Below the pieces are notes generated by a model that was not told the origin of the DNA, ran no database searches, and worked only from the letters and a program-made list of their open reading frames with translations. From Candidatus Latescibacterota bacterium (GTDB taxonomy: Bacteria; Latescibacterota; UBA2968; UBA8231), in the NCBI GenBank assembly GCA_964291625.2, contig OZ220089.1, forward strand, positions 4,512,001-4,576,000: a DNA stretch of 64,000 bases. Reading direction: 5' to 3'. Position numbers and translations under genes: made by a program. Each line of letters begins with the position of its first letter. The first letter of the stretch is position 1. This document shows, piece by piece, positions 1-9,530 of this stretch.

Positions 1-651
1 CTGCACCTGGCCTACATGTGGCGCTACAACGCCGCCGTCCGCGAGCTGCTGCGCCTGGCCGCGGCCGGCGCCCTCGGGCAGATCTACCAGTTCCGGGGCC
101 ACATCCCCAAGCCGATGGGCTGGCATCGGCAGCTGGCCGAGGAGTTCACCGTCTACCACGGCGGCGTCTACTTCGAGATGGCGGGCCACCTCCTCGACCT
201 GATGGTCACCCTCATGGGGGAGCCCCTGCGCGTGCACCCGGCCCTGGCCTGCCACTACGGCGACCGGTCGGAGGTCGACAACGCGGTGGTCGTCCACGAG
301 TGCCGGGACGGGCTCGGCACGGTGGACACCACGGCGATGCAGATCGGCATGGACCGCCGCCTGGAGGTCCACGGCACCGCCGGCACGACCCTCCACGAGC
401 CCCTGGGCTCCGACGGCCTGCGCCTGTTCCTGAAAGACCCCGTGGACGGCTACCCCGCGGGGGAGTGGGTCACCGCCGACCGCGCCCGGGGCGAGGCCGA
501 TCCCACCCTGCTGCGGGAGCTGGCCGCCTGCATCCGCGGCGGCAAGGATCCCGACTACGGGGCGGACCACGACCTGGCCGTGCAGCGCACCCTGCTGGCC
601 GGCTGCGGGATCGCCGACGGCCACACCATGCGCAAGGAGCCGCCGTCCTGA
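1..651 (+). CDS. Gfo/Idh/MocA family oxidoreductase, 5'-partial (C-terminal part)
   Basis: Frame is open from base 1 (ctg cac ctg gcc tac atg); YMWRY..GALGQI and GGVYFEMAGHLLDL match the family C-terminal domain. Confidence 0.75.
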   Translation: MHLAYMWRYNAAVRELLRLAAAGALGQIYQFRGHIPKPMGWHRQLAEEFTVYHGGVYFEMAGHLLDLMVTLMGEPLRVHPALACHYGDRSEVDNAVVVHECRDGLGTVDTTAMQIGMDRRLEVHGTAGTTLHEPLGSDGLRLFLKDPVDGYPAGEWVTADRARGEADPTLLRELAACIRGGKDPDYGADHDLAVQRTLLAGCGIADGHTMRKEPPS

Positions 652-663
652 GGCCGCCGGGCC

Positions 664-3417
664 ATGGGTGAGTGGATCACGCGCGGCTTCGAGGCGTTCT
701 CCCGCGGGACCTGCGGCCACGCCGGGCAGAACCTCTACGTCTCCCGGGCCGGGGTCCTGCAGCGGATCTTCCACTTCGACCTGAACCTCGACGGTCACGC
801 CGACCTCGTCTTCTGTGACAGCCAGGACCACTGGGAGAAGCCGCCCGCCTCGGTGTACGTCGATCCCCTGGGGGAGCGCCGACTGGTGGAGCTGCCCGCG
901 GAGGGGGCGTGGTCGGGGGCGGTGGCCGACCTGACCGGCGATGGCCGCGACGATCTGGTGGTGGGCAACCACCACGACGGCATCCGCCGCGACCTGAACT
1001 CGACGATCTACTTCGGCTCGCCCGAGGGGTGGAGCGAGCGCTGCACCCAGCGCCTGCCGGCGCCCCTGACCACGGCCGTGGCCGCCGGCGACTTCGACGG
1101 GGACGGCCGCGTCGACCTGGCCTTCCTCTGCCGTCCCGACCCGGCCTCCGGGGCGCCGGCGGTGCGGCTCTTCCTCCAGACCGGTCTCGGCTTCGAGCCC
1201 AAGCGCTTCCGCGACCTGCCGCTGGCCGCTCCGGGGGGCCCGGCGGAGCAGCTCACTGCGGACGACCTCGACGGCGACGGCTGCGCCGACCTGCTGGTGC
1301 GCGGCGCCGACGGCTCGGCCCGGGTCTACTGGGGAGGCCCGGACGGCCTCGATCCCGGGTGCGCCGCCGACCTCGACGGGGCGGCCGGGTCCACTCCTCC
1401 TCCGCCTCCTTCACGCGACAGCGCCCGCGGGCACTCGTACGAGGAGTTCGTCGCCGACGCCCCGCCCCTGCCGGCGGTGGTCGACGACGGCGCCGGCGGA
1501 CGGTGGCTGTTCCTGCCGTCGCCCGAGGGGGCCTTCCTGGTGCCCGCCGGTCCGGACCGCTCCTTCGGTGAGCCTCGGGTCCTGCCCTGCGGGCGCCCCA
1601 TGGCCGCCGCCGCCGGGGACGTGGACGGCGACGGCCGCCCCGAGCTGGTGGTCGCCTGCCGGGAGGAGCGGCCGGAAGGGGACGCGGGCGGTCAGCGCTC
1701 GTGGCTGTACCGCCGCGCCGAGGGCCCCGGCTGGACGGAGGAGGGCCGCATCGCCCTGGCCACGGAGCGCGCCTGCGACGTGGCGGTGGCCGACCTCGAC
1801 GGCGACGGCCGCGCCGAGATCGCCTTCTGCCGGAACCACTCCGAGGAGGCGTACACCACCGAGTCGCTCCTCTACCGGGGCGGCCGGGAACCCGCGGAGG
1901 CGGCGCGGCTCACCACCCACGACGCCCGGCGGGTCCTGCCGGGCCGCGCCCGGGGCCCCGGAGGCCCGGTATGGCTGGCCTTCGTCAACCACTTCGCCGG
2001 ACCCCTTCCGGGCAGCCCGTCGGTGCGCGTCTACTGGGGAGGTCCGGAGGGCTTCGAGGCCGGCCGCCGCGCCGAGCCGCCGGCCTGGGGGGCGGTGGAG
2101 TCCCTGGCCGCCGACGTGGACGACGACGGCTGGCCGGACCTCGTCCTCGCCAACTGCTCGGAGAACTCGATCTGGCTCGATCCCGGCTCCTACGTCGTTC
2201 CATCCGGCCCCGGGGGGTTCGCCGGCACCCCGTCCCAGGTGCTGCCCACGACCCGCGCCCACGGGGTGGCCTGCGCCGACCTCGACCGCGACGGTTGGCT
2301 CGACCTCGTGTTCTGCGGCTTCGACAACCCCGAGCTGCTCATCTTCCGCGGAGGTCCGCGGGGGTTCGACACCGCCAACCCCGAGCGCCTGCGGCTGGAG
2401 TTCGACGGCGTCCTCTGCTCCGAGCCCCGCTGGGTCTACCTGGCCGACCTGAACCGGGACGGCTGGCTCGATCTCGTGGTGCCCGACATCGCCTCCGACC
2501 GCAGCGTCGTCCTGTGGGGCGGCCCCGGCGGCTTCGACATCGAACGCCGGCAGATGCTCTCCGTCTGGCACGCCGCCTGCGCCCGCGCCGCCGACCTCGA
2601 CGGCAACGGCTGGCTCGATCTCATCGTCGGCGGCCACCAGCCCTCGGCAGGCGAGCCCCACGACAGCTTCCTCTACATCTACTGGAACGGCCCCGAGGGC
2701 CTGTCCGAGAGCCGCCGCACCCTGCTGCCGGCGAGGGCCGTCAACGCCCTCGCCGTGGCCGACTTCGACGGCGACGGGCGCCTCGACATCTTCGCCTGCT
2801 CCTATCACGCCGGCCTGGAACGGGACGTCGACTCCTTTCTCTACTGGAACCGCGAGGGCCGGGGGTTCAGCGCCTCGGACCGGCAGCGACTGTTCACCCA
2901 TTCCGCCTCGGGATGCGTGGCCGCCGACTTCGACGGCGACGGACGCGTGGACCTGGCCATCGCCTATCACAAGGTCGAGGGACAACACGTGGGCGACTCG
3001 GCGGTCTGGTGGAACGGCGGGGAGGGGTTCGACGCGAAGCGGGTGACCCGCCTGCCCACGCGGGGGCCCCACGGCATGACGGCCATCGAGCCGGGGAACC
3101 AGGCCGACCGCGGTCCGGAGGAGCACTACGAGTCCGAGCCCTTCGAGCTGCCCCCGGGAACGCGGGCCCGGCGGATCGACTGGGAGGCCGAGGTGCCGGC
3201 CACCTGCCGGGTGCGGGCCCAGGTGCGCGCCGCGCCGACGCGGGAGGCCCTGGCCCGGGCGGCGTGGAGGGGGCGCGGCGGCGGCGGGGGCTGGCTCGAG
3301 TGCGGGGACGGGATCCAGGCGGGGCCCGGCGGCTGGCTGCAGTACCGGCTGGCCCTCGGCGCGCGCAACGGCTGCGGGACCCCGCGGGTCACGCAGGTCC
3401 GGGTGACCTGGCAGTAG
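664..3417 (+). CDS. FG-GAP/VCBS repeat beta-propeller protein
   Basis: 917 aa with about 12 D[LFV]xxDGxxD[LI]-type Ca-binding loops (e.g. DFDGDGRVDL, DLNRDGWLDL). Confidence 0.85.
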   Translation: MGEWITRGFEAFSRGTCGHAGQNLYVSRAGVLQRIFHFDLNLDGHADLVFCDSQDHWEKPPASVYVDPLGERRLVELPAEGAWSGAVADLTGDGRDDLVVGNHHDGIRRDLNSTIYFGSPEGWSERCTQRLPAPLTTAVAAGDFDGDGRVDLAFLCRPDPASGAPAVRLFLQTGLGFEPKRFRDLPLAAPGGPAEQLTADDLDGDGCADLLVRGADGSARVYWGGPDGLDPGCAADLDGAAGSTPPPPPSRDSARGHSYEEFVADAPPLPAVVDDGAGGRWLFLPSPEGAFLVPAGPDRSFGEPRVLPCGRPMAAAAGDVDGDGRPELVVACREERPEGDAGGQRSWLYRRAEGPGWTEEGRIALATERACDVAVADLDGDGRAEIAFCRNHSEEAYTTESLLYRGGREPAEAARLTTHDARRVLPGRARGPGGPVWLAFVNHFAGPLPGSPSVRVYWGGPEGFEAGRRAEPPAWGAVESLAADVDDDGWPDLVLANCSENSIWLDPGSYVVPSGPGGFAGTPSQVLPTTRAHGVACADLDRDGWLDLVFCGFDNPELLIFRGGPRGFDTANPERLRLEFDGVLCSEPRWVYLADLNRDGWLDLVVPDIASDRSVVLWGGPGGFDIERRQMLSVWHAACARAADLDGNGWLDLIVGGHQPSAGEPHDSFLYIYWNGPEGLSESRRTLLPARAVNALAVADFDGDGRLDIFACSYHAGLERDVDSFLYWNREGRGFSASDRQRLFTHSASGCVAADFDGDGRVDLAIAYHKVEGQHVGDSAVWWNGGEGFDAKRVTRLPTRGPHGMTAIEPGNQADRGPEEHYESEPFELPPGTRARRIDWEAEVPATCRVRAQVRAAPTREALARAAWRGRGGGGGWLECGDGIQAGPGGWLQYRLALGARNGCGTPRVTQVRVTWQ

Positions 3418-3499
3418 CCGGGCCGGTCGGTCCCGGGCCGCGTCTTGCCCTTCCGGGTCCCGGGCGCCCAACTTACCCGCACACCCGGGAGGAAGAGAG

Positions 3500-5068
3500 A
3501 TGCACAGACCGCGCCTGATCTACTACAACGACGCCCACCACTATCACGCCAAGCGCATCGAGCCGCCGGCGAGCCTGCACATGCTGCAGTGGCCGGTGGA
3601 CGAGCTGGCCGGCACCGGGGCCGACACCCTCGCCCTCGGCCTCGGCTACGGCGACGTGTTCTTCCACGACACCAGGGTGGGGCGCTCCGTGGGGCAGCGG
3701 AAGGAGACCTGGGAGTCGTACATCGACTGGCGCATCATGCGCATGGTCGAGGAGGGGCAGCGCCTGGGGACCGACCAGCTGCGGGCCTGCATCGAGCGCG
3801 GGAAGGAGCTGGGGGTGCGCGTCGTCCCGAGCCTGAAGCTGCAGGACTCGCACCAGCCCGGGGCGCAGCGCTGCGGCACCCTCAAGTGGGAGAAGGGCGC
3901 CGAGGTCAGCATCGGCGAGGAGGGCCGCCATCTCTTCGGGTACGACTACGCCCTCGCCGAGGTGCGCGACTACAAGCTCGCCCTGCTGCGGGAGATCCTC
4001 GAGGACTACGGCCCCCACGGCATCGAGCTCGACTTCCTCTTCGGCACCCAGTACTTCAAGAGCGGCGAGGAGCGCGCCGCCGAGATCATGAGCGGCTTCG
4101 TCGCCGACGTGCGCCGGCTCATGGACGAGACCACCCCGGACGGCGGGGAGCGGCTGCCCCTGATGGTGCGCGTCGATCTGAGCGAGGAAGCCAACCACGC
4201 GTCCAGGCTCGACGTGGCCGGCTGGCTCGAGGCCGGCAGCGTCGACCACGTCGTCGGCCAGGACGGCTGCATCCTCACCGACACCGAGCCGAAGCCCGGG
4301 TGGATGACGAAGGCGGCCAACGCCGCCGGCGCCGCCGCCTACTACCGGCCGCCGCGCCGGGTCTTCCACGAGGCCGTCCCCTTCATGCACATCGAGATGT
4401 GGCGGGCCCTGCAGCAGAGCCTGGTCCACGACGGCTGGGCCGGCCTCTACCACGGGTACATGCCCTGGCCCTTCGACGACGAGGAGTACTCCTTCCTGCG
4501 GGAGATGGCCTACCCGGAGACCACGGGGCGCCGCGACAAGCGCTACTTCCTGCAGCCGCGGGAGGGCGCCGCCGACGCCGAGACCACCACCCCCCACCGG
4601 GTGCTGCCCCTGACCCTGGAGGAGGGGGCGGTCCTGCGGGCGCCGGTCCACGTGGCCGACGACGTCGACGGGGCCCGCGCCGACGGCGAGATGCGCAAGC
4701 CGGTCCTCACCCTCCGCTTCCAGTTCTACTGCATCGAGGACGACGTGGAGATCCGCTTCAACGGCCAGGTCCTGGATCTCGACGACGCCGAGATCACCGA
4801 CGAACGCGCCCTGTTCTTCCCGGTGCGCTTCCACGGCGCCCAGGAGGTGCAGGTCCCCCTGGGCGGCTCCTTCCACTGGTTCCGCTTCCGGTTGCCGGCC
4901 GACAGCGTGCGCCGCGGCGAGAACCTGGTCGAGGTCGAGGTGAGGCGCCTGGAGCCGCGGGCCACCTTCACTCGCTCCCTGAGCGGCGTCGAGCTCTACA
5001 TGCGCTACCGCGACATGGAGCGGCCCCTCGGCCTGCAGCAGGACCGCATCGGACCCAAGTCGACGTGA
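3500..5068 (+). CDS. Hypothetical TIM-barrel protein, glycoside hydrolase-like (GHL10-like)
   Basis: GGAGG RBS upstream; RLIYYND start; DYALAEVRDYKLALLREILEDY..GIELDF segment; C-terminal beta-sandwich (RRGENLVEV). Confidence 0.6.
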   Translation: MHRPRLIYYNDAHHYHAKRIEPPASLHMLQWPVDELAGTGADTLALGLGYGDVFFHDTRVGRSVGQRKETWESYIDWRIMRMVEEGQRLGTDQLRACIERGKELGVRVVPSLKLQDSHQPGAQRCGTLKWEKGAEVSIGEEGRHLFGYDYALAEVRDYKLALLREILEDYGPHGIELDFLFGTQYFKSGEERAAEIMSGFVADVRRLMDETTPDGGERLPLMVRVDLSEEANHASRLDVAGWLEAGSVDHVVGQDGCILTDTEPKPGWMTKAANAAGAAAYYRPPRRVFHEAVPFMHIEMWRALQQSLVHDGWAGLYHGYMPWPFDDEEYSFLREMAYPETTGRRDKRYFLQPREGAADAETTTPHRVLPLTLEEGAVLRAPVHVADDVDGARADGEMRKPVLTLRFQFYCIEDDVEIRFNGQVLDLDDAEITDERALFFPVRFHGAQEVQVPLGGSFHWFRFRLPADSVRRGENLVEVEVRRLEPRATFTRSLSGVELYMRYRDMERPLGLQQDRIGPKST

Positions 5069-5973
5069 CCGCCCTCCCACAGCGGGAGATCGAGGCCCTG
5101 GGCGCCGCCTTCGACGGGCGCTTCGGCTTCTACGTGGAGGACCTCGCCTCCGGGGCCAGGGCCGCGGTCAACGCCGATCATCGCTTCCCCACGGCGAGCG
5201 TCTGCAAGGTGCCGGTCATGGTCGAGCTCTTCCGCCAGGCCGCGGCCGGGGAGCTGTCCCTCTGCGACCGCCGCCGGCTGGCCGGCCCCATCAGCACCCA
5301 CGGCTCCGGCGGCCTGGGCCTGGCCCATGACGAGCCCGAGCTGACCCTCCTCGACTACTGCCGCTTCATGATCTTCGTCAGTGACAACGTGGCCACCGAC
5401 ATGCTCATGGGGGTGGTGGGACTCGACAACGTGAACCGCACCATGGAAGGCCTCGGCTTCGGGGACCTGCGCACCAACAGCACCATGAGCCGCTACCACT
5501 ACGCCATGGTCGGCATGGCGGACCGGACCCCGAGTCCGGAGGCGGACGAGGAGATGGCGCGGCGAATGAAGGAGGAGGGCCTCGACTACGGCGCCTGGCC
5601 CTACCACGACGCGCCCGAGAACAACGTCGCCTCCCCGGCCCACATGGGCGCCCTGCTCAAGGCCCTCCACCAGGGCCGGGTGGTCGACGAGGCCGCCTCG
5701 GCACAGATGGTGGAGCTGCTGGAGAGCGGCCGCGACCGGCGCATGCTGCCCCGGCACGTCGACCCCGGCGTGGTGATCGCCCACAAGTACGGCTCCAGCG
5801 GACGGATCAAGGGAGACGTGGGCCTCCTGTTTCTGCCGTCGGGCCCGCTGGTGGCGGCCGGTTTCGCCACCGCCGCCAACGACGAGGCCGACGGCGCCGA
5901 GGTCATCGCCGAGGCCTGCCGACTGGCCGTGGAGAGCCTATCACCCGAAAGCGCAAAGGAGAGGGACGAGTGA
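5065..5973 (+). CDS. Serine hydrolase, class A beta-lactamase-like fold
   Basis: GTG start overlaps the upstream TGA (GTGA); FPTASVCK (SxxK), SDN, and AHKYG at the KTG position. Confidence 0.8.
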   Translation: MTALPQREIEALGAAFDGRFGFYVEDLASGARAAVNADHRFPTASVCKVPVMVELFRQAAAGELSLCDRRRLAGPISTHGSGGLGLAHDEPELTLLDYCRFMIFVSDNVATDMLMGVVGLDNVNRTMEGLGFGDLRTNSTMSRYHYAMVGMADRTPSPEADEEMARRMKEEGLDYGAWPYHDAPENNVASPAHMGALLKALHQGRVVDEAASAQMVELLESGRDRRMLPRHVDPGVVIAHKYGSSGRIKGDVGLLFLPSGPLVAAGFATAANDEADGAEVIAEACRLAVESLSPESAKERDE

Positions 5974-6797
5974 TTCGACTGAGCATGATGGCGCGCGAGG
6001 GGGCGGGAGCCCCCATCGACGAGACCGTGGACCTGGCCGCCGAGTTGGGCCTCGACGGGATCGACATCCACCTCTCGGGCCTGGACCGCGACCCGGAGCG
6101 GCTCAAGGCGATCCGCTGGCACTGCGTGCGCCGGGGCCTGACCATCGGCTACGCCGGCTCCGGCTCCTACGCCGGCCCCCCGGAGGAGAAGGAGCAGCGC
6201 CTGGCCCAGGGCCGGCAGGACGTGGACACGGCGGTGTTGCTGGGCGCCCAGATGCTGCGCGTCTTCGCCCGCGCCAAGTGGCCGGACAGCGTCGAGGAGC
6301 AGGAACGGCTGTGGGCGCCCATGGTGGCCAGCTTCGAGGAGCTGTCCGACTACGCCGCCGAGCGCGGCCTGATGCTGGCCCTGCAGAACCACGACGAGAG
6401 CAGCTTCTGCATGACCGCCAAACAGGCCCTGCGCATCCTGGGCGACGTGGACCGCCCCAACTTCCGGTTCCTCATGGACACGGGGCAGTGGAAGGGGGCG
6501 ATCGGTTCCCATGTCCGCGGGGAGTTCGACCCGGACGTCGACCTCTACGAGGACTACCTGCGGCCCACGGCGCCCCACGCGGTCTACGTGCGCGCCAAGA
6601 TCTACAAGATCGACGCCGGCCACGAGGAGTGGATCGACTACCCGCGGGTCGTCCGCCTGTTGCAGGAGGTCGGGTTCAACAGCAGCCTGGGCCTCGTCTT
6701 CGAGATCGGCGACCGCAACAGCTGCGGTTGGGAGGAGTGCGTCCGCCTCGCCGTGCGGCACCTGCGCCAGGTGCTCGACGAGGCCCAGGGAGGATGA
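5970..6797 (+). CDS. Sugar phosphate isomerase/epimerase (xylose isomerase-like TIM barrel)
   Basis: AAELGLDGIDI, LALQNHD, FLMDTGQW motifs; GTGA coupling to the previous gene. Confidence 0.8.
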   Translation: MIRLSMMAREGAGAPIDETVDLAAELGLDGIDIHLSGLDRDPERLKAIRWHCVRRGLTIGYAGSGSYAGPPEEKEQRLAQGRQDVDTAVLLGAQMLRVFARAKWPDSVEEQERLWAPMVASFEELSDYAAERGLMLALQNHDESSFCMTAKQALRILGDVDRPNFRFLMDTGQWKGAIGSHVRGEFDPDVDLYEDYLRPTAPHAVYVRAKIYKIDAGHEEWIDYPRVVRLLQEVGFNSSLGLVFEIGDRNSCGWEECVRLAVRHLRQVLDEAQGG

Positions 6798-7360
6798 CCG
6801 GCGGCTTCACCAGGAGCGGGGCGAGGGCGGTGGTCCCGCTCCTGGCCGCCGCGGTCGCGGCCCTGCTCGCCGGCTGCGGCTCCGATTCCGACAAGGGGGT
6901 TTCCGTCGACGAGCGGGCGCCGGCTTTCACCCTGCCCGCGGCGGACGGGACTTCCGTCTCCCTGGGCGACCTCCTCGAAGGCCGGGCGGCCGCGGTACTC
7001 GTGTTCTACCGCGGGTTCTTCTGAGGCTTCTGCAAGGCCCAGCTAGGTGAGCTGGCAGAGTCCCATCCCGCCTTCGTGGAGCGCGGCGTATCGCTCGCGG
7101 CGGTCAGCACCGACGACCTGGAGGACGCCCGCAACATGGCGGAGCTCAGCGGCGCCGGGTTCCCCATCCTCTCCGACGAGGACGGCGCGGTGGCCCGGGA
7201 CTACGGGGTCCACAACCTCCTGAACGACGGCGTCGCCGCGCCGTCGGCCTTCATCATCACGCCCGATCGCCGCATCGTCTGGAGGTTCGTGGGGGAGAGC
7301 ATCTCCGACCGCCCGGCGGTCGAGGAGATCCTGGCCCAGGTGGATGAGGTGGTGCGGTAG
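6794..7360 (+). CDS. Selenocysteine-containing peroxiredoxin-like (AhpC/TSA) lipoprotein, 188 aa, Sec at codon 77
   Basis: ATG 6794 (ATGA overlap); lipobox LAGC; APAFTLP..G..VSL; FYRGFF-TGA(7022-7024)-GFC, i.e. UxxC; frame continues to TAG 7360 with AVSTD, FPILSD, PSAFIITPD. Confidence 0.85.
7025..7063 (+). promoter_or_regulatory. Putative bacterial SECIS hairpin
   Basis: Lower stem TTCTGC(7028-33)/GCAGAG(7055-60); upper stem CAGCT(7040-44)/AGCTG(7050-54); G-containing loop AGGTG starting 20 nt after UGA. Confidence 0.7.
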
Positions 7361-7410
7361 TCGGCGCCGCACCCGACGGGTACTCTATGGGGCAATAGGA
7401 GGGATACGTC

Positions 7411-8598
7411 ATGCAATTCATCAAGCGTCTTCGCATGAGCGGACTGCTGTCGTTCCCTCCAGACATGGAGTCCTTCGAACTGCAGCCCCTGAACGTCCTC
7501 ATCGGTCCGAATGCCTCGGGGAAGACGAACCTCATCGAGGTATTGGAACTGCTGAGAGCGGCGCCAGGGGACTTTGCTGCCGCCATCCGGGACGGAGGCG
7601 GTGCCCTGGAGTGGCTGTGGAAGGGCAGTGGCTGGAAGTCTCCGCTTGCTCCAACCCTGGAAGTCGAGACAGGTTCGTATCGTGGGGTCAAAGGGCCTCT
7701 GAAGTATCGTCTCTCCTTCAGAGTCATGGGCCTCGAGGCTAGTATCCAGGAGGAGGTAATCGAGGAAGCAGGTCCGCAGGGAGAAGGGCAGCATTCCTAC
7801 TACAAGTTTCGTCAAGGGCGGCCGGTGATCAACATCCGCGTGCGGACGCATGGTGAAGAAACCGAGGAGAGAACGCTGCCATTGAACGAAAACTCCTTGG
7901 ATCAACCGGTTCTGGCGCAGCGTAGGGATCCGGATCTCTATCCCGAACTGTCGTGGCTCGCTTGGCAGTTTGGATCCATTCAGAGTTTCCGCGAATGGAG
8001 TTTCGGCCGGTACAGTGCTATACGACAGCCGCAACGCGCCGATCTTCAGGGACAGTGGCTGCTCCCCGACTCCAGCAATCTCGCCCTTGTGCTCAACCAG
8101 ATCGAGCACATGTCCGGTCCAGTGTTCAACGAACACCTGAAACGCTTCTTTCCCCGGTTCGAGCGCATGTCCACGGCGATATCGGGGGGCACGGTACAGT
8201 TCTACCTGCACGAGTCCGGCTTTCATCTACCCATTCCCTCGACCCGGCTTTCCGACGGTACCCTCCGCTTCATCGCCCTGCTGGCGACGCTGCTGTCCCC
8301 CCATCCGCCGCCGCTGGTCTGCATTGAGGAGCCGGAACTAGGGTTGCATCCCGATGCCGTGGCCATGCTCGCCGATCTACTAGTCGATGCTTCCAAGCGG
8401 ATGCAGCTTGTAGTCACGACCCACTCCGATGCCCTCGTGTCGGCCTTGACCGATCAGCCGGCATCCATCGTTGCCTGCGAGCGGCCAGGAGCCGGCACCG
8501 AGTTGCGACGGCTCGATCCCGAAAAGCTCGCCGGTTGGCTGAGTGAATACCGACTCGGCGACCTGTGGCGGATGGGGGAGCTTGGCGCCAATCCGTGA
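7411..8598 (+). CDS. AAA_21/ABC-type ATPase (SMC/AbiEii-like)
   Basis: Walker A LIGPNASGKTN, signature LSDGTLR, Walker B CIEEPELGLHP, VTTHS. Confidence 0.9.
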   Translation: MQFIKRLRMSGLLSFPPDMESFELQPLNVLIGPNASGKTNLIEVLELLRAAPGDFAAAIRDGGGALEWLWKGSGWKSPLAPTLEVETGSYRGVKGPLKYRLSFRVMGLEASIQEEVIEEAGPQGEGQHSYYKFRQGRPVINIRVRTHGEETEERTLPLNENSLDQPVLAQRRDPDLYPELSWLAWQFGSIQSFREWSFGRYSAIRQPQRADLQGQWLLPDSSNLALVLNQIEHMSGPVFNEHLKRFFPRFERMSTAISGGTVQFYLHESGFHLPIPSTRLSDGTLRFIALLATLLSPHPPPLVCIEEPELGLHPDAVAMLADLLVDASKRMQLVVTTHSDALVSALTDQPASIVACERPGAGTELRRLDPEKLAGWLSEYRLGDLWRMGELGANP

Positions 8599-9209
8599 GC
8601 GGCATCGCCATCTACATGGAAGGCGGGGGTACGGGCAAGGAGAACCGTGCAGCCCTGCGCCAGGGGATGGACGCCTTTCTACAGTCCCTCAAGGAAGCCG
8701 CCAGGAGCAAGGCTCTGCGTTGGAAGCTGGTCTGCTGCGGACCTCGCGATGAGGCATTCCGAGGATTCAGGAGTGCCGTCAACAACGGGGACAATGCGGT
8801 GAGTGTCCTGCTGGTGGATGCCGAGGGTTCGGTCAACCAGTTGCCCCGGGACCACCTGCAGAGCCGGGACAAATGGGATCTGAGTTTTTCCGAGGCGGAC
8901 TCCGTTCACCTCATGGTGCAGGCGATGGAGGCCTGGATCGTCGCCGACCCGGAGGCTCTCGCAGGATACTACGGGCAAGGCTTCGTGGAGCGGCAACTAC
9001 CCCGATCCGCGAACCTTGAGATCGTACAGAAAGCGGACTTGATGCGTGGGCTGGACAGAGCAACGAGAGGCACGTCCAAAGGGCGTTACCACAAGGGCAG
9101 ACATGCAAGCGATCTTCTGAAACGCGTTGATGCTGGCAAGGCGAGGGAGCGGTGCGCTCACTGCGAGCGGCTGTTTGAGATGCTCGGGGGAATGATCTCC
9201 ACGGTCTAA
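8595..9209 (+). CDS. DUF4276-like (TOPRIM-like) protein
   Basis: GTGA overlap with the ATPase; IYMEGGG, LLVDAE, MVQAMEAW.ADP and YHKG..HA motifs. Confidence 0.75.
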   Translation: MSGIAIYMEGGGTGKENRAALRQGMDAFLQSLKEAARSKALRWKLVCCGPRDEAFRGFRSAVNNGDNAVSVLLVDAEGSVNQLPRDHLQSRDKWDLSFSEADSVHLMVQAMEAWIVADPEALAGYYGQGFVERQLPRSANLEIVQKADLMRGLDRATRGTSKGRYHKGRHASDLLKRVDAGKARERCAHCERLFEMLGGMISTV

Positions 9210-9499
9210 GCCATCCGCCCCGGTAGTCCATCCGGATTCGTCCAGGTCGGAAGGTCCGTCCCCGTGGCTTCCGCATACAGGGTTTCGGGTGCAATGTCGA
9301 TCTCGTCGCCCCACGTCAAGACCCCAAGCTCCTTGTTGACGGTGAAGCTCCGAAAGAACTCGACATCCCGGAATCGCTCGAACACACCCCGCCTCTCCAG
9401 GTACCTTTCGAAGTCAACGACTCCGCGCTGGCCGTCGTCGAACTCCAACTCGATCAGATAGCCACCCCGATATACGGCCGAAACAACGTCGTGCAGCAT
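9206..9499 (-). CDS. DUF2442 domain protein (putative antitoxin)
   Basis: Y.IELEFDDGQRGVVDF...F..FRD...F....V......LTW..EIDIAPETLY. Confidence 0.8.
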   Translation of the reverse strand: MLHDVVSAVYRGGYLIELEFDDGQRGVVDFERYLERRGVFERFRDVEFFRSFTVNKELGVLTWGDEIDIAPETLYAEATGTDLPTWTNPDGLPGRMA

Positions 9500-9530
9500 T
9501 CTGCGATCGTTGGCCACGATACGTCAGACC

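Noticed and set aside
1411-3471. Long antisense and alternate-frame ORFs (also 19063-20859, 24723-26726, 26747-29188, 42407-43357 extension and others)
   Set aside because: Shadow ORFs expected at very high GC; they overlap well-supported genes and have Arg/Gly/Pro-rich or antisense-type composition without motifs
6794-7360. Peroxiredoxin pseudogene (nonsense mutation)
   Set aside because: The TGA sits exactly at the redox Cys position and is followed by a SECIS-like hairpin; Sec recoding is more parsimonious
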